A DNA stretch of 43,254 nt from contig CAKQJJ010000001.1 of NCBI GenBank assembly GCA_934247335.1, positions 1 to 43,254 of the forward strand. Direction: 5' to 3'. Position numbers and translations under genes: made by a program. Positions within the stretch are counted from its first letter, which is position 1, and the number at the start of each line of letters is the position of its first letter. Below the pieces are notes generated by a model, which searched no databases, was not told the DNA's origin, and saw only the letters and a list, made by a program, of their open reading frames with translations. This document shows positions 42,162 through 43,254 of the stretch, in pieces. Source of the stretch: an uncultured Clostridia bacterium. GTDB lineage: Bacteria; Bacillota; Clostridia; Christensenellales; Pumilibacteraceae.

Positions 42162-43254
42162 AACGTTTTTTCTCCTTTGTTAGCGGTACGCTTGTTGTAG
42201 AGGATTACGCCGACAACCACGAGAGCGATTGCGACTGCCCAGATGAAGCAGGTCCACCACCACGAACCGATCGTATAAACCATAGCTGCTACGGTGTACG
42301 AAGCTACTATCCAGAACAAGAGCGTCCATTTATAACGTTTTTTATTCTGCAATTCCGCTTTTGCGGTAGCTACTGCGGCAAAGCAAGGAATAGTGGTCAT
42401 GTTGAATGCGATGAACGAGATAAGTCCGGGAACGGTAATACCGGTATCTGCAATCATCTGCGCGACGTACGTTACGCCGGATTCGTCCTCTGCCATTGCA
42501 TGTCCGAGCAGGCATGCTGCGATGACGCCGAAGGTAGAAATGACGTTTTCCTTTGCGATAAGTCCGGAGACCGCAGCAAGCACAAAAACCCAACCTGTAG
42601 CACCGAGCTGACTTCCGAATCCGAGAGGAGTGAACAGAGGCTGAACCAGCTTACTGATGCTTGCAAGAATACTCTTGTCTATCTCTTCGTCGGCAAGCAA
42701 CGTCCACGAGAAGTCGAAGTGAGTGAGTACCCAGATAACGATGGTGGAAACCAGAATAATGGTGAACGCTTTCTTTACGAAGTGCTTGGTCTTATCCCAC
42801 AGGTGAGCCATAAGGTTCTTGAACTGCGGCATATGATAAGCCGGAAGCTCCATAATGAAGGGCGGGGTTTCGCCTTTGAGCGTGGTAGAGCGCATCAAAA
42901 GCACGCTGCATATTGCAACTACGATACCCAGCAGGTACATGCTGTACGTAATTACGTCGGCATTGCCCGTTCCTGCGTTTGCGACTATCGCACCGGCAAT
43001 TGCCGTCAGGATAGGCAGTTTAGCACCGCACGAGAAGAACGGAATTACGCGGACCGTAGCGGTACGTTCTTTTTCGTCGGCAAGCGTTCGTGTGTTTATC
43101 ATTGCGGGGACCGAGCAACCGAAGCCCATGATCATGGGCAGGAACGCACGACCCGACAAACCGAATTTACGGAACATTCTGTCCAGAATAAAGGCGATAC
43201 GAGCCATATATCCGGAGTCTTCGAGGATTGAGAAGAACAGGAACAGAACGAGGA
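42158..43254 (-). CDS. feoB: ferrous iron transporter FeoB, C-terminal membrane domain (gene continues past the right edge)
   Basis: The frame is open to the window edge. FILDRMFRKFGLSGRAFLPMIMGFGCSVPA and the downstream polytopic region match the FeoB permease domain. The Met at 43207 in the ORF track is internal. Confidence 0.88.
   Translation of the reverse strand, partial: LVLFLFFSILEDSGYMARIAFILDRMFRKFGLSGRAFLPMIMGFGCSVPAMINTRTLADEKERTATVRVIPFFSCGAKLPILTAIAGAIVANAGTGNADVITYSMYLLGIVVAICSVLLMRSTTLKGETPPFIMELPAYHMPQFKNLMAHLWDKTKHFVKKAFTIILVSTIVIWVLTHFDFSWTLLADEEIDKSILASISKLVQPLFTPLGFGSQLGATGWVFVLAAVSGLIAKENVISTFGVIAACLLGHAMAEDESGVTYVAQMIADTGITVPGLISFIAFNMTTIPCFAAVATAKAELQNKKRYKWTLLFWIVASYTVAAMVYTIGSWWWTCFIWAVAIALVVVGVILYNKRTANKGEKTL

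Noticed and set aside
42158-43207. Met at 43207 as the start of a 349-aa protein.
   Set aside because: The frame remains open to the window edge, and the sequence is the middle of the FeoB permease domain. The Met is internal, and the G-domain must lie beyond 43254.
1-43254. A scan for tRNA/rRNA genes, CRISPR arrays, IS elements, integrases, and prophage or conjugation genes.
   Set aside because: - No spaced direct-repeat arrays were seen.
- No translation in the track has a transposase or integrase motif.
- No intergenic segment has tRNA-like conserved arms.
- The only long non-coding stretch (33391-34000) is AT-rich promoter/leader DNA.

Overview
This 43.3-kb window has 22 recognisable genes, all on the minus strand. 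Two are cut by the window edges and one is frameshifted. Signals read directly from the DNA fit a Bacillota/Clostridia-like organism, but the taxon is inference only. These signals are eight near-consensus TTGACA/17 nt/TATAAT promoters, GGAGG ribosome sites, a PyrR-type attenuator, hairpin plus U-run terminators, and lipoprotein lipoboxes.

Left flank (1-8.3 kb): a heterodimeric ABC exporter pair, an orphan recF, pyrR-pyrP, and a degV-GNAT pair.

Centre (8285-33390, 58% of the window): a 2909-aa lipoprotein built from Listeria-Bacteroides (InlB B) repeats, Fn3-like modules and roughly 2000 aa of BspA-type LRRs. It is followed by one tightly packed operon encoding:
- a 3-TM protein with an external B-repeat
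- a MoxR AAA+ ATPase
- a DUF58 protein
- two Bat-like membrane-clamped VWA proteins
- a 1007-aa LRR lipoprotein
- a 1726-aa lipoprotein that is mostly unrecognisable

This fusion of a Bat-like MoxR/VWA module with giant surface proteins is my candidate for an undescribed system.

Right flank: pckA, aspA, a GH116 glycosidase split by a 1-nt frameshift in an A6 run, a clan GH-A lipoprotein glycosidase, and the 3' end of a feoB operon.

I found no rRNA, tRNA, CRISPR, transposase, integrase or phage genes. All product calls rest on motifs recognised by eye in the supplied translations; no database search was possible.
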